A stretch of 64,000 bases of DNA from Octopus sinensis (Eukaryota), in assembly GCF_006345805.1 (NCBI RefSeq), contig NC_043009.1, forward strand, positions 49,104,001 to 49,168,000, given 5' to 3'. Below the pieces are notes generated by a model. It searched no databases, was not told where the DNA came from, and saw only the letters and a program-made list of their open reading frames with translations. Position numbers and translations under genes: made by a program. Shown here in pieces: positions 25,607-40,889 of the stretch (positions are counted from its first letter, which is position 1; every line of letters starts with the position of its first letter).

Positions 25607-26583
25607 GAGAGAGACAGCACAGACAGACAGACAGACAGGTAGGTAGGTAGGTAGGTAGGTAGGTAGGTAGGTAGGTAGGTTGGTATGTAGGTAGCTAGGT
25701 AGCTAGGTAGATAGATATTTTATACCGGGCCAAAGTAAATTGTTTATACATACGTACATACATACATAAATACATGTGTATGTGTGTGTGTATGTGTCTG
25801 TATACACACACACACACACAGTCACACACACCATCTATAATACATATAAAGTCCAGGCCTAATTCCACTACAGACATTTTCCTGCAATAAATGCGGTCTT
25901 GTGCTTATATTATCAGAAACAGTAAATATTTAGACAGAACGCATAAATATTTTATGTGTAAAAGTTTGTTAAACTAAAACATTGATGTACAGTCTCTCGT
26001 TAAGAATGTTTTGGCTGTAAAAAATAAAATAAATAGATAGGTAAGAAATCAAATTATACTGTAAAATAATATAATATGAAATAAAATCGAATAAAATGGA
26101 ATGAAATAGAATTAAATACGGAAGACTCTATTGATATTAGTAACAAGATATATATTTTTTTCTTTCTCAATTGTTGATGAAATTATTATAAAATTACTTT
26201 TATAGATCTGTTGTTTTCTTTCCAGCGATTCTCATATATTTATGCATGTATGTGGCGATATATACGTATGTGTTTATGCAAACATAAATATAGGAATATA
26301 CACACACTTATATACATGTATATATTTTATGTGTGCATATACGTTTATATACATACATAGATAGATACGTACATATATGCATGCATATGTACGTATGTAC
26401 ACATATATAGAAATCACAATATATACAGATAATATAAATTATACATAGAAATGTGCATACAAGCTTACTTTCTGTGTGAGTCTGAGAAATTTTTTTCTCT
26501 ATGAGAATAGAGTATATTTTTATTTTTCTATATTTATGTAATACACACACACACACACACAAATGCATACACATACACACACA

Positions 26584-26670
<87 letters not shown>

Positions 26671-26785
26671 ACACACAAGCACACACACAAGCACACGCAT
26701 ATACACAGAAGAACGTGTGCACAAACATACGTATATGGAATGAATTGAAATCAATCAAGACATACGTATTAAGATATATGTATAA

Positions 26786-26817
<32 letters not shown>

Positions 26818-26950
26818 TTACACATATATATATATACACACATATATACATACATACCTACATACATGCATACGTACGTATATACCTATATACCTACATA
26901 CATACATACATACATACATACATACATACATACATACATACATACATACA

Positions 26951-26982
<32 letters not shown>

Positions 26983-26990
26983 CACACGTA
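25330..26990. repeat. Compound (TA), (AGAT/AGAC/AGGT), (CA)n and (TACA)n blocks
   Basis: Direct reading; includes a nearly pure (CA)n at ~26585-26670. Confidence 0.9.
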
Positions 26991-27520
26991 AAGTGTCTAT
27001 GTTTTCCTTGAGCATAATTATGTTTTAGGAGATGGGAGCTTTTTAATACATACATACGTCGATTCCCTTCGTCTGTTTGGCGCTCAAAAAGGGGAATGTG
27101 TGTATATATTATTTATGTGTCTCATAATATTTAGCATATATAGCCTTTATTACGTATATTTTTATCTATCTATATGTCTATCTATCAATTTATCTATCTC
27201 TCTATATATATGTATATACATGTATATATGTTATATTTTTGATACATATACATACTGACATACATATATTCATACATTTAACAACATGCGCGCGCACATA
27301 CATACACATAATATTTCACATGCAATTTTATAATGAAAACAATTTCTGTGCTAGCGTCTTAACAGAGGGCTCAATAAAATTGCGAAAATATTGAAAATGA
27401 TATAATTTACTGTTTTACAATTTTATGACAAAATGTAGCTCAAAATTCATAGGGGCTCTGTATTCCACAAAATACATATATATCTTATACATAGGCACAC
27501 ACACGCACACACGCACACAC

Positions 27521-27574
<54 letters not shown>

Positions 27575-27654
27575 GTCGTGTTTTTCGCCATGTATTAATT
27601 CACGTTCCTAATTGCTTCAAGTTTAAAGTAATGCATGTAATATCCTCATCAGAG

Positions 27655-27738
27655 AATCGCTGTGTGGTAAATAGCTTCTTTACCAATCACATTGTTCCGG
27701 GTTCAGTCGTATATATGTATATATATATATATATTGCG

Positions 27739-27776
<38 letters not shown>

Positions 27777-27990
27777 CATGCGTGTGTTTGTTTCCCCAAC
27801 ATCGCTTGACAACCGATGCTGGTGTGTTTACGTCGCCGTAACTTGGCGGTTCGGCAAAAGAGTCCGATTGAATAAGTACTAGGCTTACAAAGAATAAGTC
27901 CCGGGGTCGATTTGTTCGACTAAAGGCGGTGCTCCAGCATGGCCACAGTCAAATGACTGAAACAAGTAAAAGAGTAAAGGGTAAGAGTAT
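27655..27990 (+). mobile_element. SINE family A (internal deletion in head)
   Basis: GCTGTGTGGTAAATAGC...GGGTTCAGTC then (TA)(TG) and a complete tail. Confidence 0.85.
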
Positions 27991-28180
27991 ATCTAGATTT
28001 CGTATATCACACCTGTAGAGCCGAAATGACCTGGAATAATATGAATGCTGCCGTAATATCGACAAATCTCTTTCAGGCTTTTCATCTGCAAAATACTTCA
28101 GAAAAGTAACAAAATCTCCGGAACTGATTACAAATATGGTAATTACTATTAACTTACATAAAGATGCTACTATATTAACA

Positions 28181-28563
28181 GTGGAGGCGCAATGGCCCAG
28201 TGGTTAGGGCAGCGGACTTGCGGTCGTAGGATCGCGGTTTCGATTCCCAGACCGGGCGTTGTGAGTGTTTATTGAGCGAAAACACCTAAAATCCACGAGG
28301 CTCCGGCAGGGGATGGTGGTGATCCCTGCTGTACTCTTTCACCACAACTTTCTCTCACTCTTACTTCCTGTTTCTGTTGTACCTGTATTTCAAAGGGCCG
28401 GCCTTGTCACTCTCTGTGTCACGCTGAATATCCCCGAGAACTACGTTATGGGTACACGTGTCTGTGGAGTGCTCAGCCACTTACACGTTAATTTCACGAG
28501 CAGGCTGTTACGTTGGTCAGATCAACCGGAACCCTCATCGTCGTAACCGACGGAGTGCTTCCA
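28181..28563 (+). mobile_element. SINE family B, full length
   Basis: A-box TGGCCCAGTGG, B-box GGTTTCGATTCC, B tail. Confidence 0.9.
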
Positions 28564-28572
28564 CATATTACT

Positions 28573-28836
28573 GTGGAGGCGCGTGGCTTAGTGGTTAGAG
28601 TGTTGGATAAAGAGCATAAAATTGTGGTTTCAATTCCTGGATCGGGCGATGCGTTGTATTCTTGAACAAAACACTTCGTTTCACGTTACTCCAGTCCACT
28701 CAGCTGGAAAAAATGAGTAATACAGTGATAGACTGGCGTCCCATCCAGGGGTGGTGGTATATATATACCATGGAAACCGGGAAACCGATCCTTCTGTGTT
28801 GACATGACTTGAAAAGGTAATTTTACCTTTACCTTT
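28573..28836 (+). mobile_element. SINE family D, full length
   Basis: A-box TGGCTTAGTGG, B-box GGTTTCAATTCC, CTCCAGTCCACTCAGCTGG core, tail GGAAACCGGGAAACC...AAGGTAATTTTACCTTT. Confidence 0.9.
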
Positions 28837-29280
28837 ATATATACGTCATTCAAAATATAAATAATGATAAATCGTAAAATAAATTTTTATTTTTCAAAAT
28901 GAAACAAAACCAAATTTTTCTATGCTTCCACTTTATATTTGAAAAGCTTTCTTCTACTTTTTTTTTTATTGCAAAGTCTTTGATCAGCTCCCTACTATGA
29001 CATCATGATCACTACAAAATTATATTTCCGATCATATTAACCACTTTGAATATTATTTTAGTAATTTTAAAGTAATTTCTTTTGTGCCGTAAATCATTTA
29101 CTATTTCTGTGGTGCGCCGCTTCCGTTGATACCTTAAAAGCCTGAATGGTTAATTCAACAGCACTGGGGAAATGTGCATTCAATATTCTGGTTACCATTT
29201 AGGTTTACTTGTCTGTATATAATCTCCATACCTTCCTCTCCTTCTAATTTTTCTTTTTTCTTTTCCTTATGACAATATCT

Positions 29281-29675
29281 GTTTCTTTATTACCCAAAAG
29301 GGGCTAAACATAGAAGGGACAAACAAGGACAGACTAACGGATTGAGTCGATTACATCGACCCCAGTGCGTAACTGGTACTTAATTTATCGACCCCGAAAG
29401 GATGAAAGGCAAAGTCGACCTCGGCGGAATTTGAACTCAGAGCGTAACGGCAGACGAAATAGGGCTACGCATTTCTTTACTACCCGCAAGGGGCTAAACA
29501 CAGAGAGGACAAACAAGGACAGACTAACGGATTGAGTCGATTACATCGACCCCAGTGCGTAAATGGTACTTAATTTATCGACCCCGAAAGGATGAAAGGC
29601 AAAGTCGACCTCGGCGGGATTTGAACTCAGAACGTAACGGCAGACGAAATACGGCTACGCATTTCGCCCGGCGTC
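29281..29675 (-). mobile_element. SINE family C dimer
   Basis: Two nearly identical ~190-bp units ACAAACAAGGACAGACTAACGGATTGAGTCG...GGCAGACGAAAT. Confidence 0.9.
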
Positions 29676-30019
29676 GGCATCTTATTTTTAACGTGGGGGA
29701 GTTACAAACACGAATTCGTGTCCGGAGAAAAATATAAATGAACTTATGCACTCATACACACGCAAACACACAAACTTATGTATGTATTTATGTATGTGCG
29801 CATTTGTTTATATATATATACGTATGTATGCGTGTATGTATGTATCTGTTTGTGTATTTATGATGCATAAACCATATTTATGTTCAAGTGTCTTTAGCCA
29901 CGTGAATATTAAAATAAATTGCTCGAAACATAAAGTGTTTTTTTTTGTTCATATTTATTGAGCTGTCTGCTAAAACCACTAACAAAAAAATTAAAAACTT
30001 TAGGCAGTTTAATATGTTT

Positions 30020-30053
30020 AGATAGATCGGTTGATAGATAGATAAATAGATAG

Positions 30054-30111
<58 letters not shown>

Positions 30112-30260
30112 GGATAGATAGCTAGATAGCTGGATACATACATACATACATACATGCATATATATACAAGTATACTTACAATAAACACGTATATATGCAT
30201 GTATATATACATATATATACATACATACATACATACAATACATACATACATACCTACATA

Positions 30261-30297
<37 letters not shown>

Positions 30298-30407
30298 ATA
30301 TATATATAATATATATATATATATACAATAGAGAGAGAAGAAAGCGCGAGAGAGATGTATATATATGTGTGCATGTATAGAAATACACACACACACACAG
30401 ACATATA

Positions 30408-30453
<46 letters not shown>

Positions 30454-31212
30454 TTATTTATATATATATATACGTTTGTTAATGATTAATGATATACATA
30501 CACATACACTAACATCTATACACGCTTATATATATATGTACATGTGTGTGTGTGTGTATGAGTGTTTGCTTGTATGTGTGTGTGTGTGTTTGTGTCTCTG
30601 TGTTAGTGTGTATAACATAACATATTCTATATTTCAATTCCTTGGATTCTTTACCTAGACTAAAACAAACAATACGGCCCTTCTTTATATTCCGAGAGAC
30701 AGGCAAAAGCGTCTCTCTTCAGTTTCTAACACTTCTCCTCTAGTTTTCTTCAGTTCTTATCTAAACGAAATAAATGGTAAATGGCAACAAATACTTATAA
30801 TCTGTCCATTGATATAGATTCTTGTATTCCCACGTTTGTTTCTACCCAATAATTTTAAACGTCTGTTAGCCGAGCTCTATAGCACGATCATTACGGTGTT
30901 CAAAAATAATCTAGACAGGCCTTCCTTTTTACGCTCGCTGTAATATTTACAGCAATTAGCAACTTGTGGTTCTTGAAGATTTTCTAAAGAGTTTATGTTG
31001 TTGCCGTTCTAGCACCGAAGACAAAAGCCATAATTATTCAATGATAACGTAAGCAGCAACAAAACAATAATACTATAAAAAATAATAAAATAAACAGTAA
31101 TATATAATGATGATGATGGATGATGATGAATAATATAATAATAATAACAATAATAATAATATAATATAATAATATAATAATAATAATATAATAATAATAA
31201 TAATAATAATAA

Positions 31213-31243
<31 letters not shown>

Positions 31244-31284
31244 AAGAAGAAAAAGGAGAAGAACAAGAAGAACCAGAAGAACAG

Positions 31285-31337
<53 letters not shown>

Positions 31338-32162
31338 TAGAATAATTAGAATATAAAGACTGTCTTCGCTTTCTTATTTGTTGGTTATGGCGCATAGCTG
31401 AATGTTATTGTTTTGTTATTTGTTGTTTTTGTAGAGGGGGTGGGGGTGTTTGTCGTCGTGTTTTCTTTGTCTTTATTTCTTTATATCTTTTGAAAATATT
31501 TTTTGTTCATGTTTATGTTTTTAACGTGTTTTGTTTTGGTTTATTTTGTTGTTGTTGTTTTCGTGCTAGTTTTGAGGGTTGTTTTTTTTCTTTTTTTTTT
31601 GTGGAGGTGGTGGTGGTGGAGCTGGTGGTGTTTGTGTGTGTGTGTGTGTGTGGGGGGGGTTATGTTTTGTTTTGCTCTTTGTGTTATTTCATTATTTCAC
31701 GCGGAGATCAAATAGAAAGTGTTTTGGTGTTCTCTTGTAGAAAACAGAAAAGAGGAGATGGAGGAGGAAGAAGAAGAAGAAGAAGAAGAAGAAGAAGAAG
31801 AAGAAGAAGAAGAAGAAGAAGAAGAAGAAGAAGAAGAAGAAGAAGAAGAAGAAGAAGAAGAAGAAGAAGAGAAGAAACAACTGCTGCAGAAGCAACAACA
31901 GCAACAACAACAACAACATCAAGGTACATGATGAGGAATAGATAGAGGACTAAAAGGGGGATAAAATGGGGGAGGATGACGGGAATGATGATGATGATGA
32001 TGATGATGATGACGACGACGACGACGATGACGACTACGACGAAGACGACGACGACGACGATAATGATGAGGAGGATGATGACGACGGCGACGACCATGAC
32101 GACGACGACGAAGAAGAAGGAGGAGGAGAAGGGGAGGAGAAGAAGAAGAAAAAACAACAACG

Positions 32163-32224
<62 letters not shown>

Positions 32225-32230
32225 AATAAC
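30020..32230. repeat. Compound microsatellites: (AGAT), (TA), (AAT)/(AAG), pure (GAA)n at 31767-31870, (GAT/GAC), (CTA)
   Basis: Direct reading. Confidence 0.9.
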
Positions 32231-32924
32231 AACGACAAGATGACGACAGCGCCAGACGAAGTTTCCAGTTAATAATCCAAGTGGGGAACCTAGAAACACA
32301 GTTTGTGGAAAGAATTGGCTGAAAGTTTTGGAAAGGAATTTTGCCCGAATACTTATGCTAAATGGTAATTAGCAATAAAGATAGGAATTAGCTAATGGTA
32401 TCGGTGAGGTTGGCTCACTACTGAACTTATTCCAAAAGAAATCATTAAGTATTTAATTAATTAATGACTGCTTTTGATTTTAGTCATCGCATTAGCAGAT
32501 ATCGTCTTCATAACAATTGTATTGTAGAACCTTCCCCCCACCAACTTTCCCCCTCTTCTTTACTTCGTCAATCCATACAGAAACCCCTTTAAAGGATTGG
32601 TTTACCTCACCTATGATTTATTTTACATTCTTTCAACAGCTTGATTTACCCTCGTACCGTGAACTTCATCCGTTTCCACAAATATATACACGCGCACTCA
32701 CGCATAAACTCTAACACACACAGACACACACACACATTTAAACGCCCACACACATACGTACACTTATACGTCATACCATTCCATCATCATCATCCACTCC
32801 ACATTCTTCACCTCTCCAATTGTCCTCTTCCTCCACCTCCACTACGACATGTTCCTCCTCTTCCTCCTCCTTTCTTCTTCCTCTTCTTCCTCATCGAGTT
32901 TGTAGGATCACTAGAACATTGGGA

Positions 32925-33335
32925 GAAATACTTTGCGGTAATTTCTTCAGACTGTTTGAATTTTGAGTTCAAATCCCGCTGGAGTCGACTTTGCCTTTCA
33001 TCCTTTCGGGGTTGTTAGAAAAATTGCCAGTTGAACACTAAACTTGATGTAATCGAGAAACCTTTCTCCACAAAATTGCCGGCCTTGTACCGAAATTTGA
33101 AAGAGGTATTGTTATTAAAACGGCGAAAGGCGGTGAGATGACAGAATCGTTAGTACGTCGGCTAAAAAATGCTTAGCGATATTTCTTTACGTTTTGAGTT
33201 CAAATGTCGCCGAGACTGACTTCATTTTTTATCCTTTTGGGGCCGATAAAATAAGTACCAATCAGGTATTGGGGTCGATAAAATCGATAGCCCACGCCTC
33301 CAGTGTTTCAAGCCTTGCGCCTATGGTAGAAAGGT
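32925..33335 (+). mobile_element. Two tandem SINE C2 copies
   Basis: Two TTGAGTTCAAAT B-box regions with central domains; first copy ends AAAATTGCCGGCCTTGTACCGAAATTTGAAA. Confidence 0.8.
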
Positions 33336-33568
33336 TTACTAGTAGTGAAGGTTGCTTTTGGGAGTCGAAGCCAGATCGTCTATTGACTTGACAGATGTTC
33401 TACCATTTTACTACGGCAATTCATCATATTTCACTATCATTTTCACCATCATGGTTCCGGGTTCAGTTCAACTGCGTGGAACCTTGAGGAAGTGTCTTCT
33501 ACTATAGCTTCGGGCCGACCAAAGCCTTGTGAGTGGACTTGGTAGACGGAAACTGAAAGAAGTCCGTC

Positions 33569-33628
<60 letters not shown>

Positions 33629-33642
33629 ATATATATATATAT

Positions 33643-33689
<47 letters not shown>

Positions 33690-33733
33690 GTATGTTGTAT
33701 GTATGTATGTATGCATGTATGTATGTATGTATG

Positions 33734-34380
33734 ACAGGTCACTTTCGAGTGCTACTGATAGCATGTAACCCAGTACAACCTTTTGCATGGTCGGGCCGTC
33801 GGCGACTAAACCGGCAACCCCACCAAGCTTGCTTGGTGAGGAGTGTGTTTATTGGACACCCTGCGGGATGAACAACAAAATCCGTCAAAGGGCGGAGGAA
33901 CTCTTGAGAGTCAACAGCCATCCAATAAATGTGTATTTTTTCTTAAGGCTTAAGGCTGTATCATGTGCGGGGACATAGAAATAATTTGGACTGAATACCC
34001 GATCGCGCGGTTAATCCTTTGTTAGGGCATCCTTCTAGGAGAAGGTAACTCAGGTAACTGGGATAACTCCGACATAAAATTTGCGGCTCAGTGGTTACCG
34101 ATGATGTTGACTTGTTCTTCTTTTCGGATTATGGCTGCTGTTGCTTAGTGAGTGGGATTGACTCAGTGCACAACCTGTCCTCACTTAAAAAAAAATCTTC
34201 CTGTACAGGCATTGCACAATAACAACATTACTCGTGATTGTTGATGGTGCTGTGAGTCTCAACTGAATGGCTGGCTGTAGCCTTAAAAAGCAAATAAAAG
34301 TCACATTCGATCACAGCACCAATAACAGTTAAGCTTCGTGCAATGGTCATACTCGATAACGAGGGGGCAGCCATCATCAT
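33734..34380 (+). mobile_element. Non-autonomous RTE LINE derivative (5' UTR joined to 3' end)
   Basis: RTE-like 5' UTR motif GGGCATCCTTCTAGGAGAAGGTAACTC; 3' end reads KSHIRSQH..AMVILDNEGAA then a (CAT)n tail, as in RTE/BovB C-termini; no RT domain between. Confidence 0.6.
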
Positions 34381-34929
34381 GTATGTATGTATGTATGTAT
34401 GTATGTATGTATGTATGTATGTATGTATGTATGTATGTATGTATGTATGTATGTGTATACGTTTGTGTGTCTGTGTTTGTCGCTTGACAACCGATGTTGG
34501 TGTGTTATGTCCCCGTAAATTAGCGTTTCGGCAAAAGAGACCGATAGAATAAGTACTAGGCTTACAAAGAATATGTCCTGGGGTAGATTTGCTCGACTAA
34601 AGGCCGTGCTCCAGCATGGCCACTGTCAAATGACTGAAACAAGTAAAAGAGTAACAGCGAGAGTTTTATGTCGTACAAGAATATACCAATTCGAGATACG
34701 TGAAATAAATCGCTTTTATAACGGTGGAACGCAAAATAACTAAAGCTCCTAATATTAATACAAGGTGTTGTCCACATCAACCAGGATATGCCGATAGCCT
34801 TTCGATATGATGCTTGTGCGGAACCTCTTGCGAATGGTCTGTACGCATTTTTTAATTGTCAGCGTATTGCTGATTTGTGAGTTTAAGCCAGATAATTGCT
34901 ACAAATCAGAAATGCAAGGGCAGTCAACC

Positions 34930-35346
34930 TCGTAAATCCGGATAAAACCCCTTACATCATATATCTTTGTATAAACCCGCAAATTAAGGTATGAACCCAC
35001 GAATCATGGTGTAAGCACAGAAATGATTACAAAATCCCACAACTGATAGCATAAGCCCACCAATCAATATATAAATCCACTAATTACGACGTATACTTAT
35101 AAATGACGACATAAAACCGGATATGAAACATAAACCCAGAAACGACGGCATAAATCCGGAGATGATGACATAAACTCAGAAATAATGACAGAAGCTCACA
35201 GATGACAACATAAACCCAGAAATTTTGGCTTAAACCCATAAATCCCGACATAAAACGTGAATGACGTCATAAAACCACAAAGAGCGGCATAATCTCATAA
35301 ATTATGGTAACAAAGAAATCAATCACAGTATAGACCACAAATCCTG
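34930..35346. repeat. Degenerate 20-bp minisatellite, ~19 units, consensus RCATAAACCCASAAATGACG
   Basis: Hand alignment: ACATAAACCCAGAAACGACG / GCATAAATCCGGAGATGATG / ACATAAACTCAGAAATAATG and so on; two 19-bp units. Confidence 0.85.
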
Positions 35347-35579
35347 ATATCATTCATGTCTGCTATGAAGATCGACTCAACGACTTGCCTTGCTTGGTAA
35401 AGGGAGTTCTATGCTGCCCTGGAGAACATGTTTGAGGACAGGATATGTCCTCTAGGACCAAACCCTGATTAGAAAGTTAGATTGGTGAGAGTGTTGCTGC
35501 CTTGAGTTTGCGAAATGCTCGAGTACCAGTGCAGAGATTGGTGTGGCTAATTGGATTAACACTAACCAAAGACTGCTGA

Positions 35580-35832
35580 GTGGAGGCACGTGACTTAGTG
35601 GTAAGGGGTATTGAACTCATAATCGTAAGATTGTGGTTTCCATTCCTGGACCGGGCGAGCGTTGCGTTCTTGAGCAAAACTTCATTTTTCGTTGCTCCAG
35701 TCCACTCAGCTAGCAAAAATGAATAACCCTGCGACGGACCGGCATCCCGTCTAGGAGGGGAAAATATATGCCATAAAACCGCAAAACCGGCCCTTTATGA
35801 GTCGGTATGACGCGAGAAGGTTACTTTACCTT
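35580..35832 (+). mobile_element. SINE family D, full length
   Basis: Same head, core and tail as 28573-28836. Confidence 0.9.
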
Positions 35833-36092
35833 TTTCTGATATATAGTGTTGAGCCAGCGACAAGACCTGAGGTAAAGAGCCTGCTTTTCTGTGCCAAGAT
35901 AATCTGTTAGATTGTGTGAAAAGGAGAGTCTGAAATGCTCTATGCATTTGCCCCAGCATGACTTTTATGGATTTTTCCCATTGCTGAGTACCTGTTCATT
36001 ATTGTTTTTTGTTTTATTTATTGTTTATTTTAATAATATTATTGTTCCTGATCCATATTGTTGATTCTCTCATGCATAATGTAATAGAAATT

Positions 36093-37500
<1,408 letters not shown>

Positions 37501-38490
37501 GGCCTTTTCTCTACCAGTCGACCAATGCGTGTTCTGCTTCAGAAATTTATAGAGGATTAGTGGCGGTGACGTGCGAGGACTTTCTTGGGGAGACTCCGGG
37601 CACCGGCGAAAACAAACTGGCTAGCCTGTTACAGAGGACTTTCCAGTCGGGAACTATCATGGATAATTTTCAGATGTCCTGGCAGTGCTACGGGGTGGGG
37701 TGGGGAACTACTGTTTCGAGATGAACTCTACAGGCACGGTTGTGCTGTCATACGGGCTTGTCTGTGGTGTGCGCAGAGTGACAAAATCGTTCTGCACGCC
37801 TTCGTTCAGTGTCCAAGCTTTGCTGACTTGTGGGGTTATGTCGAACAGTTGCTGTGCTGTCACGTGTGAGACGGGTCCTTCTGTCGGACGAGTCAGTAGT
37901 GATGATCGTACCGCCACCCTCCTTCAATCGGGCATGCAAAGCAGTTTTCCTTTGCTTGGTGGCTGTGGCGAAAGAGGTTGTTCGGTGGACAAGGCTGAAA
38001 GGCATGAGGACAGATACATTTCTCTTTAGTAGGGCTCTCATTGACTTCTTCAAGTTTCACTTGAAAAGGAAATTGAGAGTGGAGAGGGAAGTGCTGTCCT
38101 CGAGTGAGTTTATTGAAAGGTGAGTGAAAGTCGTGAAAATGTCAAGAGTGGATGGTACCTCTCTAAGTGCAGACCTGTGAGTCGGAGAGAAGGAATTGGA
38201 GAAGGCACTTGCTCCTAGGGTTTCAGGGTAAGCTCGGACAGTGGGCTTCCTCGATTATCCCTAAAGGCCTTCCTGTATCAGGAGGGCGACATATCTACCA
38301 TTCTCACCGTCACTTTTTTTAACCTTTGGACGATATGCAAATGTCCATTCTTTTTTAGTGTATGCCGTGTATAAGTTATTTTTCCTTTCTTTTAATCATT
38401 TCATAATATGTAAACCCCCACACTTTATGTCTGTATTTGTATTGTTCCCCCTCATCCTAGTGGCAAATAAATGAAATCATTATTATTATT
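37501..38490 (+). mobile_element. Tx1/L1-clade LINE 3' fragment (ORF2 C-terminus, 3' UTR, poly(A) signal)
   Basis: C-x2-C-x8-H-x4-C knuckle CLWCAQSDKIVLHAFVQC at 37759-37812, then DLWGYVEQLL..AVFLCLVAVAKEVV..FFKFHLKRKLRVER; AATAAA at ~38466 and an (ATT)n tail. Confidence 0.85.
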
Positions 38491-38521
38491 ATTCTTGTTG
38501 TTGTTGTTGTTGTTATTATTA

Positions 38522-38700
38522 AGGTGGCGAGCTGGTTGAATCGTTAGCACGCCAGACAAAATCCTTAGCGGCATTTCGTTCTGCGTTCAAATTCCACGGA
38601 GGCAGACTTTGCTTTTCATCCTTTAAGAACCAGTCAAATACTGGGATCCATGTGATCGGCTACTCCCTCCCCATAATTTCCAGGCCTTGTGGATTATTAT
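38522..38700 (+). mobile_element. SINE family C2
   Basis: GGTGGCGAGCTGGTTGAATCGTTAGCAC head, GTTCAAATTCC, tail CAGGCCTTGTGG. Confidence 0.8.
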
Positions 38701-39437
38701 TATCATCATCATCATTATTATTACTACTACTACTAATATTGTATTTTTATTTACCAATAAATATAGACAAAATGCACTTTTGTTTGAAAATCCTGAGAAT
38801 ATTATCTGCATTCTATAAAGAAAATATCACCCTTACCACAACTCCATAACCACCACCTCAACCGCAACCACAACCACCATGAAGAAAAGGACGAATGTGA
38901 ATTACAAAAAGAAGCGAAAATTTATAACAACAGTGAATTCCATCATCACCACCACCATCACTGCCAATATCAACACCAACATCACCACCACAAACAATAC
39001 GCCATCGCACGAACAAAACCACTACTAGCACCACAACAACCACAAACACAAACCGCCACTTTCATCAACCTATGCTATATTCTATAATCCTGCATCAACC
39101 GATTTTTGTTTCTCGGCAATTTTACTTGATATCAAATAAAGGCCATTAGCTATGTATAAGCAATCTTGTTCAAATCGCGAATATAAAAACTCTTTGCGTT
39201 TTTATTAGCTGTTTATCTCCTGCAGTTTTATTGGTTACCGAACTGATCAAGAATGGCCAGTATCGTTTTATTGTATCGTGTTGAATCAGGTCAAAGTAAC
39301 ATGACAGATTGGCTGCTTTCTTACAGAGGAACTTGTCTTAAACTTCGAACTATATTAACAACTTGTATTGGAGTATTGATGAAAATGTTACAATTTCCTT
39401 CGCAGTACAGTTTCCGGTAAAAGATCATGTATCTAAG

Positions 39438-39537
<100 letters not shown>

Positions 39538-39547
39538 CGCATACATG

Positions 39548-39578
<31 letters not shown>

Positions 39579-40305
39579 TCACGCATACATGCATACATAT
39601 ATACGTATATATATTTACACGCATACACATGCATATATATATATATATATATACATATATACACAAGCACAGGTGCAAAACATGAAGGAGGAAACCGTTC
39701 TCGAATACCAAAGGTAGAGTATTTTAATGACACCGTAAAAAAAATCCGCAGACTGCTACTCAGAGTTTCACATAAGCAGACATTATACACTTCCACTTCG
39801 GGAAGTCGTTTTAGCTTCAAGGAATATAAAATTATACACACAAACACCCACACATACACACATATCTATATTATATACATATATATACGCACACACATAT
39901 ATATACATATATATACATGTAAACGCGCTCGCGCGCACACACACGCACTCACACACACGTATATCATTTTTAGAAGAAAGCAAGAGGTCGTTGACTGCGA
40001 TGTTTCAGCTTGTCATCTGCCGTCAAACTTATAAGCTAAAACTTCGAAGTCACTATCAACCCTTTGTCTTGTAAAAATTGATAAATATGCACTGCACTAC
40101 AAAATATTGAGTATTGGAGGGCATAGTGCTTTTAAACACAGCCTGTGTGAAGGACGTGCCTTCTGATATAAAACCTTGCAATGAATCCAGTTTAATGTTA
40201 AATAGTTTTTATATAACTACACATAAAAGCAGATATCAGTAAATATACAGTTAGATAGATAAGTAAATAAATAAATAATAAATAAATAAATAAGTAAATG
40301 CATGA

Positions 40306-40352
<47 letters not shown>

Positions 40353-40889
40353 TGGACTATGTAAATAACATATAATACACACATATACGCATACATATAC
40401 ACATACACATGCACACACATATATATATATATATACATAGATATATTTACACATACATATGCACATATATATACATATATGTACACACACATATATATAT
40501 ATGTATACACACATACACATGCAAATATATATACATATATATATGTGCATAGATACATATACACATACACACATATCTATCTATCTAGCTATGTGTGTGT
40601 GTGTGTGTGTGTGTTTGTGTGTATGCATGCATGTACGTATGCTTGTATGTATACATTTATAGTGTATAGTGATGTGTTCATCCTATTTTTAATATGTTCC
40701 TGCACACTTGAACCTGAATGATATCCACTGCGGATTTTGTATCGGTAAATAATTTCTCTATACAGCCAGTGTACAAAAGCAGAACTCGCTCCGAATTATA
40801 TCACCAGACTATCAAGCACTGACTTTTGCCCCAATGTCTGCCCCTGGATTGGTGTCTCCGATTATATATCCTTCATAAGACCAATCCTT

